Program-made: the position numbers and the translations under genes
In this document: positions 1 to 10,246 of the stretch, one piece after another
Layout of the letters: every line of letters starts with the position of its first letter
How positions within the stretch are numbered: the stretch's first letter is position 1
Virus record (IMG/VR): IMGVR_UViG_3300009031_000368
Coordinates: 64,001 to 128,000 of that record
Length of the DNA: 64,000 nt
Direction: 5' to 3' (one strand)
Origin: a virus
Lineage: Duplodnaviria > Caudoviricetes
The notes under the pieces: model-generated
Told to the model about the DNA's origin: nothing
Seen by the model: the letters and a program-made list of their open reading frames with translations, nothing else
Database searches by the model: none

Positions 1-1322
1 GCCGCCGTTGCCGTAATGGTAACCGAATACTTGACACAGCTAGCTTCCGCCAATGTCCCTGTAACTTCTGTCGATCCATCGCTGCCATCAACCAATACTT
101 CACCACTCACAGCTGTTCCAGACAGTGTGGTCGGAACACTATCATCAAATGATGGTGTTTGAACTTCAATAAGCGCCGAACCATTATCCTCATCATTTAC
201 AACGTTTGGGAAATAATCGGCATCGTCTGAATCGGTAAAGCTCATAGCCTTAAACGATTCCTTTTGATTCCATTTTGCCTTGCTGGCATCATATTCTTCA
301 ACAATGACGTCATACCGTGAGAATGTCCCAAGTCCGATGTTTTCATAATTGGGATTACCGGAAATCTTCACTCTAACATTATCACCAGATGCACCGGGCC
401 ATAACATCACTATACGCCACAATGCTTCCGTGTATGCTGACGATACGATACCAAGACTTTCATGCGTTTCAATAGTTGATGATGTTTTGAACGAATACGC
501 GCCAGTATCGTAATCTATCGTGTTGGTGCCGCCATCGTCTACATCCCCTTCAAGACTGCCTAATCCATCATCGGTAATAGTACGTTCAATAAGCTGTCTA
601 TATGTGACTGTAATAGTTGTCCCTGTTTTAACCGGAGCACCAGTTGTATCAAGCTCAAGAAGACCGTTTACATAATCAAACGTTGTATTGGCCGGTGCGC
701 CATCGCCAGCCCATTCACCGGTTGAATCTGTTTGTGATTTAGCAACGTCCGCTGCGTTTACCCAGTTAATCGTGACACTGCCAGGCTTAACCGGCAATGA
801 GGCAAACGGCAAAACGGCGCCTTCACCATCGTCTGAACCAACTGTTTTCCATAACACGATGATTCCGTTCGCCTCATTGCCATCTTCGATTTCTTCATCC
901 TCTGTTTCAGCACCATCGCCATAATAGGTAATTGACAACGTCGATGGAACAGGCTTGCCGGTTAACGTTCCAGAAAATTGAGTCGTTGCACCGTCACCAA
1001 CTTCAATATTTTCTTCAGCGCCAGCATTTTTTACATATAACGAAGACTCTACCGCGTCATCAGGCGTAGTGCGAACCACGTAAGCCTTAGAACCGCCATT
1101 TTTAAGGAAAGTATACAGTGATAGTGGAACCAGTCCATCTGCGGTAAATGTACCGAATCGATCGACAAATTGTCCCCAACTCGAAACAAGTGTTGCCTCG
1201 TGGTGCGGCCCCTTGGTCGTCCATCCAGCTATTCCGAGAGTAGACGATGACACGCCTTGGATTGGAGATGGAGCACCTTTTTTCTCATTAACATAAACGC
1301 CAGGGTATGTTACTTGTGCCAT
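1..1322 (-). CDS. Contractile tail sheath protein (T4 gp18-like), partial; runs off the window start
   Basis: Manual translation from ATG at 1322: MAQVTYPGVYVNEKKGAPSPIQGVSSSTLGIAGWTTKGPHHEATLVSSWGQFVDRFG, the typical sheath N-terminus; later WPGASGDNVRVKI. Absent from the ORF track because it is truncated. Confidence 0.9.
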   Translation of the reverse strand, partial: MAQVTYPGVYVNEKKGAPSPIQGVSSSTLGIAGWTTKGPHHEATLVSSWGQFVDRFGTFTADGLVPLSLYTFLKNGGSKAYVVRTTPDDAVESSLYVKNAGAEENIEVGDGATTQFSGTLTGKPVPSTLSITYYGDGAETEDEEIEDGNEANGIIVLWKTVGSDDGEGAVLPFASLPVKPGSVTINWVNAADVAKSQTDSTGEWAGDGAPANTTFDYVNGLLELDTTGAPVKTGTTITVTYRQLIERTITDDGLGSLEGDVDDGGTNTIDYDTGAYSFKTSSTIETHESLGIVSSAYTEALWRIVMLWPGASGDNVRVKISGNPNYENIGLGTFSRYDVIVEEYDASKAKWNQKESFKAMSFTDSDDADYFPNVVNDEDNGSALIEVQTPSFDDSVPTTLSGTAVSGEVLVDGSDGSTEVTGTLAEASCVKYSVTITATA

Positions 1323-1325
1323 GTC

Positions 1326-1517
1326 TTACTTCTTTCTAGAAACGACCACGTCGCCATTAGCCGGAATGCTTTTATTTATTAGACTTCCTGATTGCTGATA
1401 TCTGGCAATTTGATCTGAAACCTTTTCGATATCGAGGTATTGCCCTGTTTTAAGCAATACAACTTCACCAGACAGTAGACGGACAGGAATATCTTTCCTG
1501 CAATAGAATGTAGCCAT
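1326..1517 (-). CDS. Small hypothetical protein
   Basis: 63-aa ORF filling the gap directly upstream of the sheath, on the coding strand. Confidence 0.6.
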   Translation of the reverse strand: MATFYCRKDIPVRLLSGEVVLLKTGQYLDIEKVSDQIARYQQSGSLINKSIPANGDVVVSRKK

Positions 1518-1549
1518 ATTGAAACCTCAAAATTTAATCTTATTAAAGA

Positions 1550-2245
1550 CTATGTGGTGCTAACTGTAAGGTCAACGGTTGTCGCAGCACTATATTCAAC
1601 GTCATCAAATATATCTATCTCGCCGAGAACTTTAACGGTGAAACTTACGCCGATATTTCTTTCAGCCACATTCATCAATTCGCTATTGCCGGTCGCTGAA
1701 TCCAAATACATGTCATACATTCGTTCTTCGTTAAGACTATCCATAACCGTCAATGAACCAAACTTTGGAAACTTCCTAGCCAGGAATACCTGCATTCTTA
1801 CCATATCTTCGCGCGTCGTAGCGGTTGCAATTATTTCATAATTGAAATCAAATGGCTGCGCGGCTTCACGCTGTTGGTATCTGGTAAACCCGGTAACTTC
1901 GACGCCAATACTATTTGTTACCGTTACCTGCTTGGATCCAGGTGCTGCCCACCTCCCACCGATTTGATTAGATCTAAAACGATCCATGGCAATCGATGGA
2001 ATGTCGGGTCTGATGGCAATGGATGGCAACAGATCGGGATAATACTTAACATCTACAGGTATGATTTTGACTGGTATTTTTTGATTGATTTCTTTTGGAC
2101 CAGTGACGCCGGGGATACTGACTGCGAACGAATAGAAGGTTTGGCCAGATTGTTTCCGACAAGTCTCAACAACTGAACCTAAATGTAGGATGATTCCTTT
2201 ATCAAAGCATTCTAAATCAACCTTTCCTGGTGCCGCCATTTGCAA
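1550..2245 (-). CDS. Probable tail completion/terminator-type virion protein
   Basis: 231 aa, just upstream of the sheath; position-based call, no diagnostic motif recognised. Confidence 0.4.
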   Translation of the reverse strand: MQMAAPGKVDLECFDKGIILHLGSVVETCRKQSGQTFYSFAVSIPGVTGPKEINQKIPVKIIPVDVKYYPDLLPSIAIRPDIPSIAMDRFRSNQIGGRWAAPGSKQVTVTNSIGVEVTGFTRYQQREAAQPFDFNYEIIATATTREDMVRMQVFLARKFPKFGSLTVMDSLNEERMYDMYLDSATGNSELMNVAERNIGVSFTVKVLGEIDIFDDVEYSAATTVDLTVSTT

Positions 2246-2666
2246 ACCTATCAGTTCTCTTTAACGTTCTTACGATTATTTTCTTACCTTGTGGTAACCT
2301 GCCTAAGTGTTGTCTGAATTCAGCGACAAGCGTATATCGTCCTTTGACAATCTTATTATAAGATACAAGGAAATCCATCTCCGGCTCTTTCCTTGCTATA
2401 AAGCGTCTTGATTCAATGCTGTTCAATTCATTGATCAAATCCACTACTGACTGCCGCTCAACACCCTTTCGGATATAAATGATATTCATACCGGCGATGA
2501 CGGCAACATCTTCAACGATTGGATTGTCTGCAATCAATTGCACCAGTATCCGCTTAAGTCGCCTTGCCTGGTTCATTATTTCAGACTCAATAACAAGATC
2601 ACGAACAGCCGTTAAACATTCTGTCAAATTCATATTCCACCTGTTCCATCTACAACGACATACCAT
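2217..2666 (-). CDS. Hypothetical protein, candidate internal head protein (likely start ATG 2633)
   Basis: N-terminus MNLTECLTAVRDLVIESE shares a motif with neighbouring genes. Confidence 0.55.
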   Translation of the reverse strand: MVCRCRWNRWNMNLTECLTAVRDLVIESEIMNQARRLKRILVQLIADNPIVEDVAVIAGMNIIYIRKGVERQSVVDLINELNSIESRRFIARKEPEMDFLVSYNKIVKGRYTLVAEFRQHLGRLPQGKKIIVRTLKRTDRFANGGTRKG

Positions 2667-2935
2667 CCATCATCAAGTTCTTGAATGCCGGTCGTTACTC
2701 CTTTAATGCTAAGACTACCATATATGTAATCGTCCAATCGCTCCGCCGTTCTTCTCGAATCGATCGGCCCAACCCTTATCAATTCAGACTTACGACTTAG
2801 ACCGATCGTCAATCCTCGAAGTTTTGACATCCTGGAAAGGATTCGATGCAATGAATCTATGTCGATAACTTGGTCTTCCAACAGGTAATCCTTCACGGCA
2901 TCTAGTTGCTCAAATAGCCTTGTATTGATCCTCAT
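2630..2935 (-). CDS. Hypothetical protein, candidate internal head protein
   Basis: N-terminus FEQLDAVKDYLLED; start/stop overlaps with neighbours. Confidence 0.55.
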   Translation of the reverse strand: MRINTRLFEQLDAVKDYLLEDQVIDIDSLHRILSRMSKLRGLTIGLSRKSELIRVGPIDSRRTAERLDDYIYGSLSIKGVTTGIQELDDGWYVVVDGTGGI

Positions 2936-3711
2936 TACGATATGTCATCATCGACAACGACGACCCAACTATCGCCATTATTCCATTCTTGAACTCCGGC
3001 ATTTACATACTTATGCTTACTAAGTATGTATTTCATAATTTGGTTTGCGCGTCTTTCACTGTCCATCCATCCAATGACGATGACGTTTAATTCATCATTA
3101 ATACTGATGTCCCAACTTCGTAGCAGCGGATCCTGACTAAGTTCATGTCGAAGTTCTATCAAGTCGTTTCGCCGATGCCGTGATGAAATTGAACTTGATT
3201 CCGTCTGCCGTGGTGGTTCAATAACCCAGTACAGTGGTCGCGGGCCGGTTGGTGTTATTTCTGGATCTTGCTCAACCTTTGCAAAACCGCTAATGACAAG
3301 GCTTCCAACAGGGAACCGCTTCAGTGCATTACCATCCTTTACCTGAATAGGCTCTCCAAGTGTGGACACCTTCAGCTTCTCACTATCGTCAAAATAGCCC
3401 TTAACCACATTGATGGTTTTTCGTTTGGCATCAATCCATGCCGGCTTTCCACCAGTAAGCGCCAACTGTTTGATGATATTCCGCGGTATCTGCGCGGCAC
3501 CTATGATACCTTCCGATAGGATCGATTCACCCATTCGGCGCTTTCTTGCCTGTCTGGCTTGTTTATGTTTTTCTCTAACGGCCGAAACGATACCATGTGA
3601 CGCGGATTGTTCTTTAGTCTTTTTCTTGAATGGATTCCACCCCTCTTCAAGGTCATCCATTAAGAATTGTTTTACTGCTTCGAGTTGCCTGTTTACCACA
3701 TCATCACCCAT
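2935..3711 (-). CDS. Hypothetical protein, candidate internal head protein
   Basis: N-terminus NRQLEAVKQFLMDDLEEG followed by a basic segment. Confidence 0.6.
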   Translation of the reverse strand: MGDDVVNRQLEAVKQFLMDDLEEGWNPFKKKTKEQSASHGIVSAVREKHKQARQARKRRMGESILSEGIIGAAQIPRNIIKQLALTGGKPAWIDAKRKTINVVKGYFDDSEKLKVSTLGEPIQVKDGNALKRFPVGSLVISGFAKVEQDPEITPTGPRPLYWVIEPPRQTESSSISSRHRRNDLIELRHELSQDPLLRSWDISINDELNVIVIGWMDSERRANQIMKYILSKHKYVNAGVQEWNNGDSWVVVVDDDIS

Positions 3712-3717
3712 CTGTTA

Positions 3718-4611
3718 TTAAAAGTCAAACTCATCGAATTCAATCGACTCAGCTCTGGCCAACTGTTTCGCGCGTCCACGTTTTCCAGCTGCCGATAACT
3801 TATTGTGCCGCGCGGCTGACTTATCGGCTTTATCCTTTGTATCTTGTGCGTAGCTCTTGACGTTTTTCATCGTTACATCGAATCGCTTTGAATCAATCTC
3901 ACCACCTAGCGCCTTATCGCCGCGAACGTAATCGGCCTTACTGGATGAACCATGCGTTACCCGATTGGTATGGTTAAAGCGTCCTTTGGTGCGTCCAGGT
4001 TCAACTGAAGGCTCTGAACGAAGCGCCTTTTGAGGATTTGTCTTACTGGATTGACCACGAAGCCCCTTAGCACCAAGCGGCTTATCGGTATTTCGCTTAA
4101 TGGGATTATCTTTACCCTTTTTACGGGCAGCTCGTCCGCCAGGCTCACTCATCAAAACCTTTTTACCCGACTTAAAATAACTCTGTTCCCTGCCAAACGC
4201 CCAACTTGTTGCACGGCTTGGCTCAGAAAACATACCGGCTTCGTCATGGAATGGATTCGCCTCGTCAAGCTCATCTTCATCATATTGTTCAGATTCATCA
4301 AGATTTGGATCGTCTACCTGAATAACCCATCCGCCTTTCGACATTGCATGTACCGATGTCTCAGCACCATCTAACTCTCGCTCAATCGCACGAGCCGTAT
4401 ACTCCGCACTTTTCTTGCTAACAAAGCCGCTAGCCATAATTGAACGACCTGAAATAACGGATTCTATATCTTTATCATCGGATTCCTCTTCAACAACTTC
4501 TTGAACATCATCAAGGAAATCCTGAAGCTCACGACTCACCGCCTCCTCAAGATCTTCATGTTCACTAAGCAGGAAATCCCGCACATCGGTCAACCTATCG
4601 ATAAAACTCAT
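3718..4611 (-). CDS. Hypothetical protein with acidic N-half and basic C-half, candidate internal head protein
   Basis: N-terminus FIDRLTDVRDFLLSE; LxEA sites (DLEEA, ELDEA); NPFHDEAGMF motif; K/R-rich tail. Confidence 0.6.
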   Translation of the reverse strand: MSFIDRLTDVRDFLLSEHEDLEEAVSRELQDFLDDVQEVVEEESDDKDIESVISGRSIMASGFVSKKSAEYTARAIERELDGAETSVHAMSKGGWVIQVDDPNLDESEQYDEDELDEANPFHDEAGMFSEPSRATSWAFGREQSYFKSGKKVLMSEPGGRAARKKGKDNPIKRNTDKPLGAKGLRGQSSKTNPQKALRSEPSVEPGRTKGRFNHTNRVTHGSSSKADYVRGDKALGGEIDSKRFDVTMKNVKSYAQDTKDKADKSAARHNKLSAAGKRGRAKQLARAESIEFDEFDF

Positions 4612-4628
4612 AACTCCTCCAAAACCTA

Positions 4629-5300
4629 TTAATAATTGTCGACAAGCGCCTGAGCCAGATGCTTGAGATATTTATTGACATCACCATTAACGAAATCAAT
4701 CCGGCGTATCATATTGGCGATACCGGTTTGTTCGTTCTTTGGTGCGCCGGCTATTGCTTCTATCACTACTTCATTGCTAATGATATGTGGCATCCCATCT
4801 TTTGACTTAAGTGTCCATTGCTGAAATGGAAGATCCTTCTCTTGAAAGAAGGTCTTCAAATAACGACTCATTCCTTTAAGATTAAGACTATCAAGGTCAA
4901 CACCAACAGATTCACTAACGATAGATTCTTCCCATGTATTTATCCGTCTAATGTTTCGTTCCGCTATTTCGTCTACCGCATCATCGATAACACTGTATAG
5001 GTTATCGTCTTGAACATCTTTTGTTACGTCAAGCTTCAGGATATCTCTACCTTTATTACTAATGGACAGTGGACGGACTTCATAAGTGTCTCGACCTGGC
5101 ATATATACGATAGATATCGCACCAATACGATGCCCATCAAGTTTGCTTTTTATATCGAATATCAGTCTATCTGATTCCGAATGTGTGATGCTATTAACGC
5201 CCCATCGCCGATATGCATTACTGTTTACTGCCAGTATTTGTGCTTCAATAGTTTTTGATATTTGTGACTCAAACAGTGAATTCATTATACGCTTCTTCAT
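4629..5300 (-). CDS. Hypothetical virion-region protein
   Basis: 223-aa ORF; N-terminus RIMNSLFES resembles that of 8326..8637. Confidence 0.6.
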   Translation of the reverse strand: MKKRIMNSLFESQISKTIEAQILAVNSNAYRRWGVNSITHSESDRLIFDIKSKLDGHRIGAISIVYMPGRDTYEVRPLSISNKGRDILKLDVTKDVQDDNLYSVIDDAVDEIAERNIRRINTWEESIVSESVGVDLDSLNLKGMSRYLKTFFQEKDLPFQQWTLKSKDGMPHIISNEVVIEAIAGAPKNEQTGIANMIRRIDFVNGDVNKYLKHLAQALVDNY

Positions 5301-6076
5301 AATACCTTCTTTTCAAAATACTGTAGTTTTACGGTTGAATCTAACTGTATTTCATCGACATCAATCTTGAACCGCCAACCGCCATATGTTGGATCTGTCA
5401 ATGTCCGTTCAATACGCTTCAACAGTTTCGGCCTAGCGTCAAACAAATCATCAACGGCTGGCCGCCAATGTGGTTTTAACGCTTCACCGATACCGAATTC
5501 AGCTCTAAGAACCTGGAAAGCAAAATCCTTAACCGCTGACTGTCCGACATATCCGATCGGTGTTGTTGGGAAATCAATATCGGTTCCATTCCGCACAATA
5601 TCTGCGATTGACTTCCATTCCGATTTTATTCTATCGTTAAGAATATCGATTTCTCTAGCCGTTACATGACGAGACGTTGCTTTAAGATTCTCTGTCGGTC
5701 TAAATGGAACCAATCCAGCCGGCCATGGTGAGTAATCAACCAATATCTGTTCAATTACGCTTAACGGTCTAGCTTCAGATGTAAACGAGATAACGGTTTG
5801 ATTCACTGTTTGCTCGGTAATTGTTTCCAACATGTCGGCGTCAGATGTGACGATATATGCCGATGTTTCTTTTGCAATACGTTTAACTGTTATCGAATCA
5901 CCGTAACCTTCAAATTGTCCACCTGACGGCGCATAATGCGATACTCGTTCTGCCAGTATTCGAGCTGCCTCATAGGTAACCATATCGTTAGCCGCATTGA
6001 TGCGCTTCGGCAATTCATTCATGAATTTAAACAACAGCTTTGCATCACTGCCAAGCACAAATTCAAAATATTTCAT
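5297..6076 (-). CDS. Probable neck/tail-completion virion protein
   Basis: 259 aa between neck and sheath genes; LRAEFG...PHWRPA segment reminiscent of HK97 gp10-like proteins. Confidence 0.35.
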   Translation of the reverse strand: MKYFEFVLGSDAKLLFKFMNELPKRINAANDMVTYEAARILAERVSHYAPSGGQFEGYGDSITVKRIAKETSAYIVTSDADMLETITEQTVNQTVISFTSEARPLSVIEQILVDYSPWPAGLVPFRPTENLKATSRHVTAREIDILNDRIKSEWKSIADIVRNGTDIDFPTTPIGYVGQSAVKDFAFQVLRAEFGIGEALKPHWRPAVDDLFDARPKLLKRIERTLTDPTYGGWRFKIDVDEIQLDSTVKLQYFEKKVL

Positions 6077-6528
6077 ACGCGAAACTGTATCTTCTTTTGT
6101 TGAAGTGTCTTGTATCCCTTCGGCTCAACGGAACGTCGCCAAAGGTTAAACTCATCAAAATGTTCACCACATACACCTATTATCGATTCAGAACCGCCGA
6201 CCTTAAGTCCAAATTCTGCCTCAATGCCACATCTAAAACATGTCGTTGTTCTAAGTTGTGTCGTCAATGGACCTTCGTATTGTGGAAAATCCATACCGCC
6301 CATCGGGCCGCGACATTCATTGCCAGTTAGTCCGGCTTCGCATGTTGAATTTCCAGCATCAATGGAACGCCATAATTTAAGGCACATGCTGCATGTGTGG
6401 CTAAAACCTTCTGCCATCAATTGTTTTGGATCAGCCATCCAGTATACGTCCTTTAATAATAGATTTTGCCACGACCGGACACTTGCCGATTTCGCGCAAT
6501 CGATTGCGTGGCAAGATGCCGGATTCAA
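6073..6528 (-). CDS. Small Cys-rich putative Zn-binding protein (true start probably near 6438)
   Basis: CSMC, CFRC and CGEH motifs. Confidence 0.55.
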   Translation of the reverse strand: MNPASCHAIDCAKSASVRSWQNLLLKDVYWMADPKQLMAEGFSHTCSMCLKLWRSIDAGNSTCEAGLTGNECRGPMGGMDFPQYEGPLTTQLRTTTCFRCGIEAEFGLKVGGSESIIGVCGEHFDEFNLWRRSVEPKGYKTLQQKKIQFRV

Positions 6529-6964
6529 TCAATGCGGTAAATGCTGCACCTATCGCGCTTGACTCAATATCCATAAAGCGTGTTGCCGTTTCAGACAGTG
6601 TGCCGGTTATAAGCGCATTGTAGAAGTCGCGTGCAGTTTGATTGCCACAAGATAGATGTCGCTCGATAAGCTTGGTTCCTGTTTCAGTCTTATCCTCTCG
6701 GTACAGATCCATCTTGCGCATCACCGCGTCAACTGTTTTTCTACGCTCGTAATCGGACAACATTCCGAACAATACAAAGCTGTCCTTTAAGGCAACATAT
6801 AGCTTTTCCGGATCAGATAGTATGTCTTCATCCAATCCTTCTCGTTGTAGACTCTTGACGGCACGTACCGTAGCATGTAACCTGGTAGGAGATATGTTGC
6901 TATGTGTCTTGCGCCAATCGCGTCTTACCTGCGATCGTTCGGCTTCTTCTAATCGTAAAAACAT
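6431..6964 (-). CDS. Hypothetical protein
   Basis: 177-aa ORF in the operon; weak similarity (HATV, KSLQRxG) to 8039..8323. Confidence 0.55.
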   Translation of the reverse strand: MFLRLEEAERSQVRRDWRKTHSNISPTRLHATVRAVKSLQREGLDEDILSDPEKLYVALKDSFVLFGMLSDYERRKTVDAVMRKMDLYREDKTETGTKLIERHLSCGNQTARDFYNALITGTLSETATRFMDIESSAIGAAFTALIESGILPRNRLREIGKCPVVAKSIIKGRILDG

Positions 6965-6965
6965 A

Positions 6966-7640
6966 TCACTCCTCTGATATCGGAATAAATTGAGAGCTGG
7001 TGTTCAACATCCTTGCCGGATCAAATTTTGTCGTCGATTCACATGTAAGGATTAACTCGATCCAATAATCGGTAAAGTCAATCGTTTTACCATAATTCAC
7101 ATCAGCTATTACAAAATAGTATGGACCTATTCGTTGACCGCCTGTTAAATCTTTCATTGACGTATTGCCAACATCAAGTATTTCAACAATGTCACCAGTC
7201 GCCGGCATTCTTATTTTCTCTTCTACAGGTACATCTATCATGCTGGCTTCACGCAACGATTGCCTCGGCACATTTATCATAAACATGCTGGCCGAATACT
7301 TGTTGCCGTTTTCATCGGTCATTGTTGTGATGATGTCAGATGGCTTTAGCTGATACAATCCACGAAGCCCATACGGGCCATCATAAACTGTTCCTGTTTC
7401 ACCGACCGTTTGATTATCGGTTGGCTGATTACCATAAAGCAACGATGATTCGATATAGGTTGGATTAAATCGCTTTGTTTGGTCAAGACAATATAAATTT
7501 ATAGCCGGCATCTTCACAATGGCACCACCAACTCCCATCCGCTCCATCTTTTTCAATACTTTTTCCGATGGAGGCCAATGTAGTTTGCCCATTGTGTTGC
7601 ACCGTATGGCAGAATGGTCACCAACAATGAAACCAATCAT
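6966..7640 (-). CDS. Probable neck/head-closure protein (T4 gp14-like)
   Basis: Position in the neck region; composition and motifs (PATGDIVEI, YYFVIADV) resemble gp14-like proteins of large myoviruses. Confidence 0.5.
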   Translation of the reverse strand: MIGFIVGDHSAIRCNTMGKLHWPPSEKVLKKMERMGVGGAIVKMPAINLYCLDQTKRFNPTYIESSLLYGNQPTDNQTVGETGTVYDGPYGLRGLYQLKPSDIITTMTDENGNKYSASMFMINVPRQSLREASMIDVPVEEKIRMPATGDIVEILDVGNTSMKDLTGGQRIGPYYFVIADVNYGKTIDFTDYWIELILTCESTTKFDPARMLNTSSQFIPISEE

Positions 7641-7654
7641 TGCTGGTGAATCAA

Positions 7655-8020
7655 TTAAGTAGGCTCAGTTCGCTTTGGTCCAAGCACCAACAGGAACGTG
7701 TCGCCGGCCGCATTGTAATCGGCTGCTTCATTGGTAATCGTTAGACCATCGGCTGAGAGATCGAAGTTAGAACCTGGACGCCACAACAGCACGGCGGCCC
7801 CACTTGCGTCTCGCACAAATGCACCAATCACCGAAGTGACGGCAAAGTCAAGATCAATGTCTGCGCCGGTTGCCGGGCCGGAACCACTTAGATCAACAAG
7901 CTGAACGGAACGAAGGAAATCTGCCTCAAGCAGCTGGAAAGCCGAATCAACTTCATCCCTCAATTCGCTGGCACGAGTCGGATCGCCATAGCGGGATCCG
8001 ATAAAATACTTTGAACCCAT
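7655..8020 (-). CDS. Small hypothetical virion protein
   Basis: 121 aa, beta-rich composition, in the structural operon. Confidence 0.55.
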   Translation of the reverse strand: MGSKYFIGSRYGDPTRASELRDEVDSAFQLLEADFLRSVQLVDLSGSGPATGADIDLDFAVTSVIGAFVRDASGAAVLLWRPGSNFDLSADGLTITNEAADYNAAGDTFLLVLGPKRTEPT

Positions 8021-8038
8021 AAAATACTCCTTTTTGGA

Positions 8039-8323
8039 CTAAACTGTAATGTCCTTGAACAACTCTTTAAACTTTTCGTTTTTGCCTTTATTGTCGCGTT
8101 CAAATGAATGCTTCATGTTGCGCCTTGTCCCCTTTTGTGTCGACTTGGTGCCGCCATGTTTAAGATATCCATTCCTCTGAAGCGACTTCCTCGCTATATT
8201 AAACGCATGCTGCGTGGTTAACTTTTTATCCTTCTTAGATATAGCAACCGTAGCGTGCCGCAATAATGACGGAATATCGGCTAACGATGACTCACTGATA
8301 ACTATATCTAAACTGATAAACAT
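8039..8323 (-). CDS. Small basic hypothetical protein
   Basis: 94-aa K/R-rich ORF. Confidence 0.55.
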   Translation of the reverse strand: MFISLDIVISESSLADIPSLLRHATVAISKKDKKLTTQHAFNIARKSLQRNGYLKHGGTKSTQKGTRRNMKHSFERDNKGKNEKFKELFKDITV

Positions 8324-8325
8324 TG

Positions 8326-8637
8326 TTAGCTCGATGCCATTCTTTTTGTTATCGCGGTAATGTCTGCAATATTCTTGCGAATCTCAGTCTCGTATATGCC
8401 TTGAATCTTATTCAACGCTGAAGCAATCATCGAAAGCTTTGCCGCAACTTCTTTACCATCAACGCGAGTCTCCACATACTGTGAGAATTCAATCATGCTG
8501 TTGACGTTGCCAAGCATCCCGGCCAACCGGCCATTGAGCTGAAACAGTAAGTCTACGACACTGTAGCTATCCAGATTCTTCTTTTTCTTTGCTTCTGTTA
8601 GTTCATCGAATACTGAACGCATTATTCTTTGCCGCAT
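8326..8637 (-). CDS. Hypothetical protein, candidate processed head protein
   Basis: MRQRIMRSVFDELTEAKKKK contains an LxE/A gp21-type cleavage-like site. Confidence 0.55.
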   Translation of the reverse strand: MRQRIMRSVFDELTEAKKKKNLDSYSVVDLLFQLNGRLAGMLGNVNSMIEFSQYVETRVDGKEVAAKLSMIASALNKIQGIYETEIRKNIADITAITKRMASS

Positions 8638-8646
8638 AGTTAATTC

Positions 8647-8928
8647 CTAAAGTTGTTTGACTTTACTCGATATTGTGTCTATTAGATCAATGACCCCGTT
8701 TGTTCTATCATCAAATGCCTCAGCAATATTGGTAATTATATTATCTAAAGATCTTGTGCCGTACTGAATCGTTTTTATTAAGCCGGGCTGATCAGACGTA
8801 ACTTCTAGAGACTCGTTTTTAACGATTTCAGCCAAGTTCATCATTCTGACAATATTTTCGTATGTCACACCAGATAAAGCCTTAAGCAACTTAATATTGT
8901 TTTTTAGTTTATCGTTTATTGAATCCAT
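8647..8928 (-). CDS. Hypothetical protein
   Basis: 93-aa helical ORF in the operon. Confidence 0.55.
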   Translation of the reverse strand: MDSINDKLKNNIKLLKALSGVTYENIVRMMNLAEIVKNESLEVTSDQPGLIKTIQYGTRSLDNIITNIAEAFDDRTNGVIDLIDTISSKVKQL

Positions 8929-8958
8929 GTATCATCAACTCCAAACAAGTATATCGTA

Positions 8959-9513
8959 TTATCTACGGCTATGTCCTAAAACTTTTGTTCCGAATGTCTG
9001 AGCATACATCTGATCTGCCAATTCATTGATGCCGCCATCCTGCACAAACGCATCGATGACTTCACCTTCAGCATCCCAAACAGCCTGAATATCTTCTCTC
9101 AACGGACCATACGAAGCATCCCCGCTCACGCGGCCAGCAAACTCCTTAGCGTTTTTCAACATCTTTGACACGATGCGAAGTTCTGCAACGACTTCTGACA
9201 GTTTTGAATACGCGGCTCTTACGTTACGTTCTACTTCCTTTCGGGCTGCTTTCTCTCTTGCATTGAATTCCTCATCTGGTTCAAATGCCTCAACTGTTAA
9301 TCCGAGCTCTTTCCGCATGGCTTTTGCGGTATTTATGGCATCCTGCTTATCGTTGGTGTAATAGGTTTTGCCTTCATCACGCTTACCGTTACGCTTAACG
9401 ACAACGACCCAATCGCCAGAAGAATCTTTCTTCTGCCTCATGACTTCATATACATCTGCTGACGACTCAACCAATGAGTCTACCACTGCTTTCAATACAC
9501 GGTTACCGTTCAT
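8959..9513 (-). CDS. Hypothetical protein, candidate head protein
   Basis: 184 aa; LVES and LTVEA sites; DSSGDWVVVV resembles NNGDSWVVVV in 2935..3711. Confidence 0.55.
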   Translation of the reverse strand: MNGNRVLKAVVDSLVESSADVYEVMRQKKDSSGDWVVVVKRNGKRDEGKTYYTNDKQDAINTAKAMRKELGLTVEAFEPDEEFNAREKAARKEVERNVRAAYSKLSEVVAELRIVSKMLKNAKEFAGRVSGDASYGPLREDIQAVWDAEGEVIDAFVQDGGINELADQMYAQTFGTKVLGHSRR

Positions 9514-9516
9514 ACA

Positions 9517-10245
9517 TCATCCTATAATAAAACCAATTGGCTTCTGTTTCACTTCTTCCATAATGGTCATCATCTCTTCCTTCGCCTCTTCCAACAATGT
9601 CTGCCCATCGGCGATCTCTACATTATCCCCCGGACCTGGTAGATTTCCATACTTGCTTCTAATGCGTCCAAGCACCTTCTTAGCTTCCGCTTCAGCCCAA
9701 CGCAAATAATACAACTGTTCGCTTGGCGTCATGGCATCATAATCGATATCCTTCGACACATAACTGTAATGCACATATCCACCCGAAGATGCCGGTACAG
9801 CCATTGGATAGATACGGATCTTCCGCTCACTTCTTACGTATTCCCAATCACGCTCCGCGCCAAACACTCTAGCCGTCATTTCAATATGGTTCTGCATCTG
9901 ATAGATGTCACCAACTCCACCACCACGACCTGGCCTGAACAGTGTAGCCGGGATAGCCCTAGCGTCACTGAATGTTCCAGGATCAATCATAGCCAAGTAA
10001 TCGGTTGAGCGTCCACTTAGATTTACTTCCAATACCTGAGAACAATCATCGGCTACCGTTATTTCTCGCTCGCCTGAACCGTATTGTGTAACCGCTTCTT
10101 TGATGGTGCCAAACCATGTCAGAAACCATATGTCGGTATAATCTAAAGCGTCTTCAAAGTCATCGCCATCTAGCTCATCGCAGAAATCTCCACCGAGCCT
10201 ACGCTTGATTTTTCCGATGACACGTTCGCGGGTGAGCTTTTCCAT
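9517..10245 (-). CDS. Neck/head-tail adaptor protein (T4 gp13-like)
   Basis: IKRRLGG...ELDGDDFEDALD N-terminus and KKVLGRIRSKYGNLPGPG...DGQTLLEEAKEE C-terminus, typical of the gp13 family. Confidence 0.8.
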   Translation of the reverse strand: MEKLTRERVIGKIKRRLGGDFCDELDGDDFEDALDYTDIWFLTWFGTIKEAVTQYGSGEREITVADDCSQVLEVNLSGRSTDYLAMIDPGTFSDARAIPATLFRPGRGGGVGDIYQMQNHIEMTARVFGAERDWEYVRSERKIRIYPMAVPASSGGYVHYSYVSKDIDYDAMTPSEQLYYLRWAEAEAKKVLGRIRSKYGNLPGPGDNVEIADGQTLLEEAKEEMMTIMEEVKQKPIGFIIG

Positions 10246-10246
10246 G

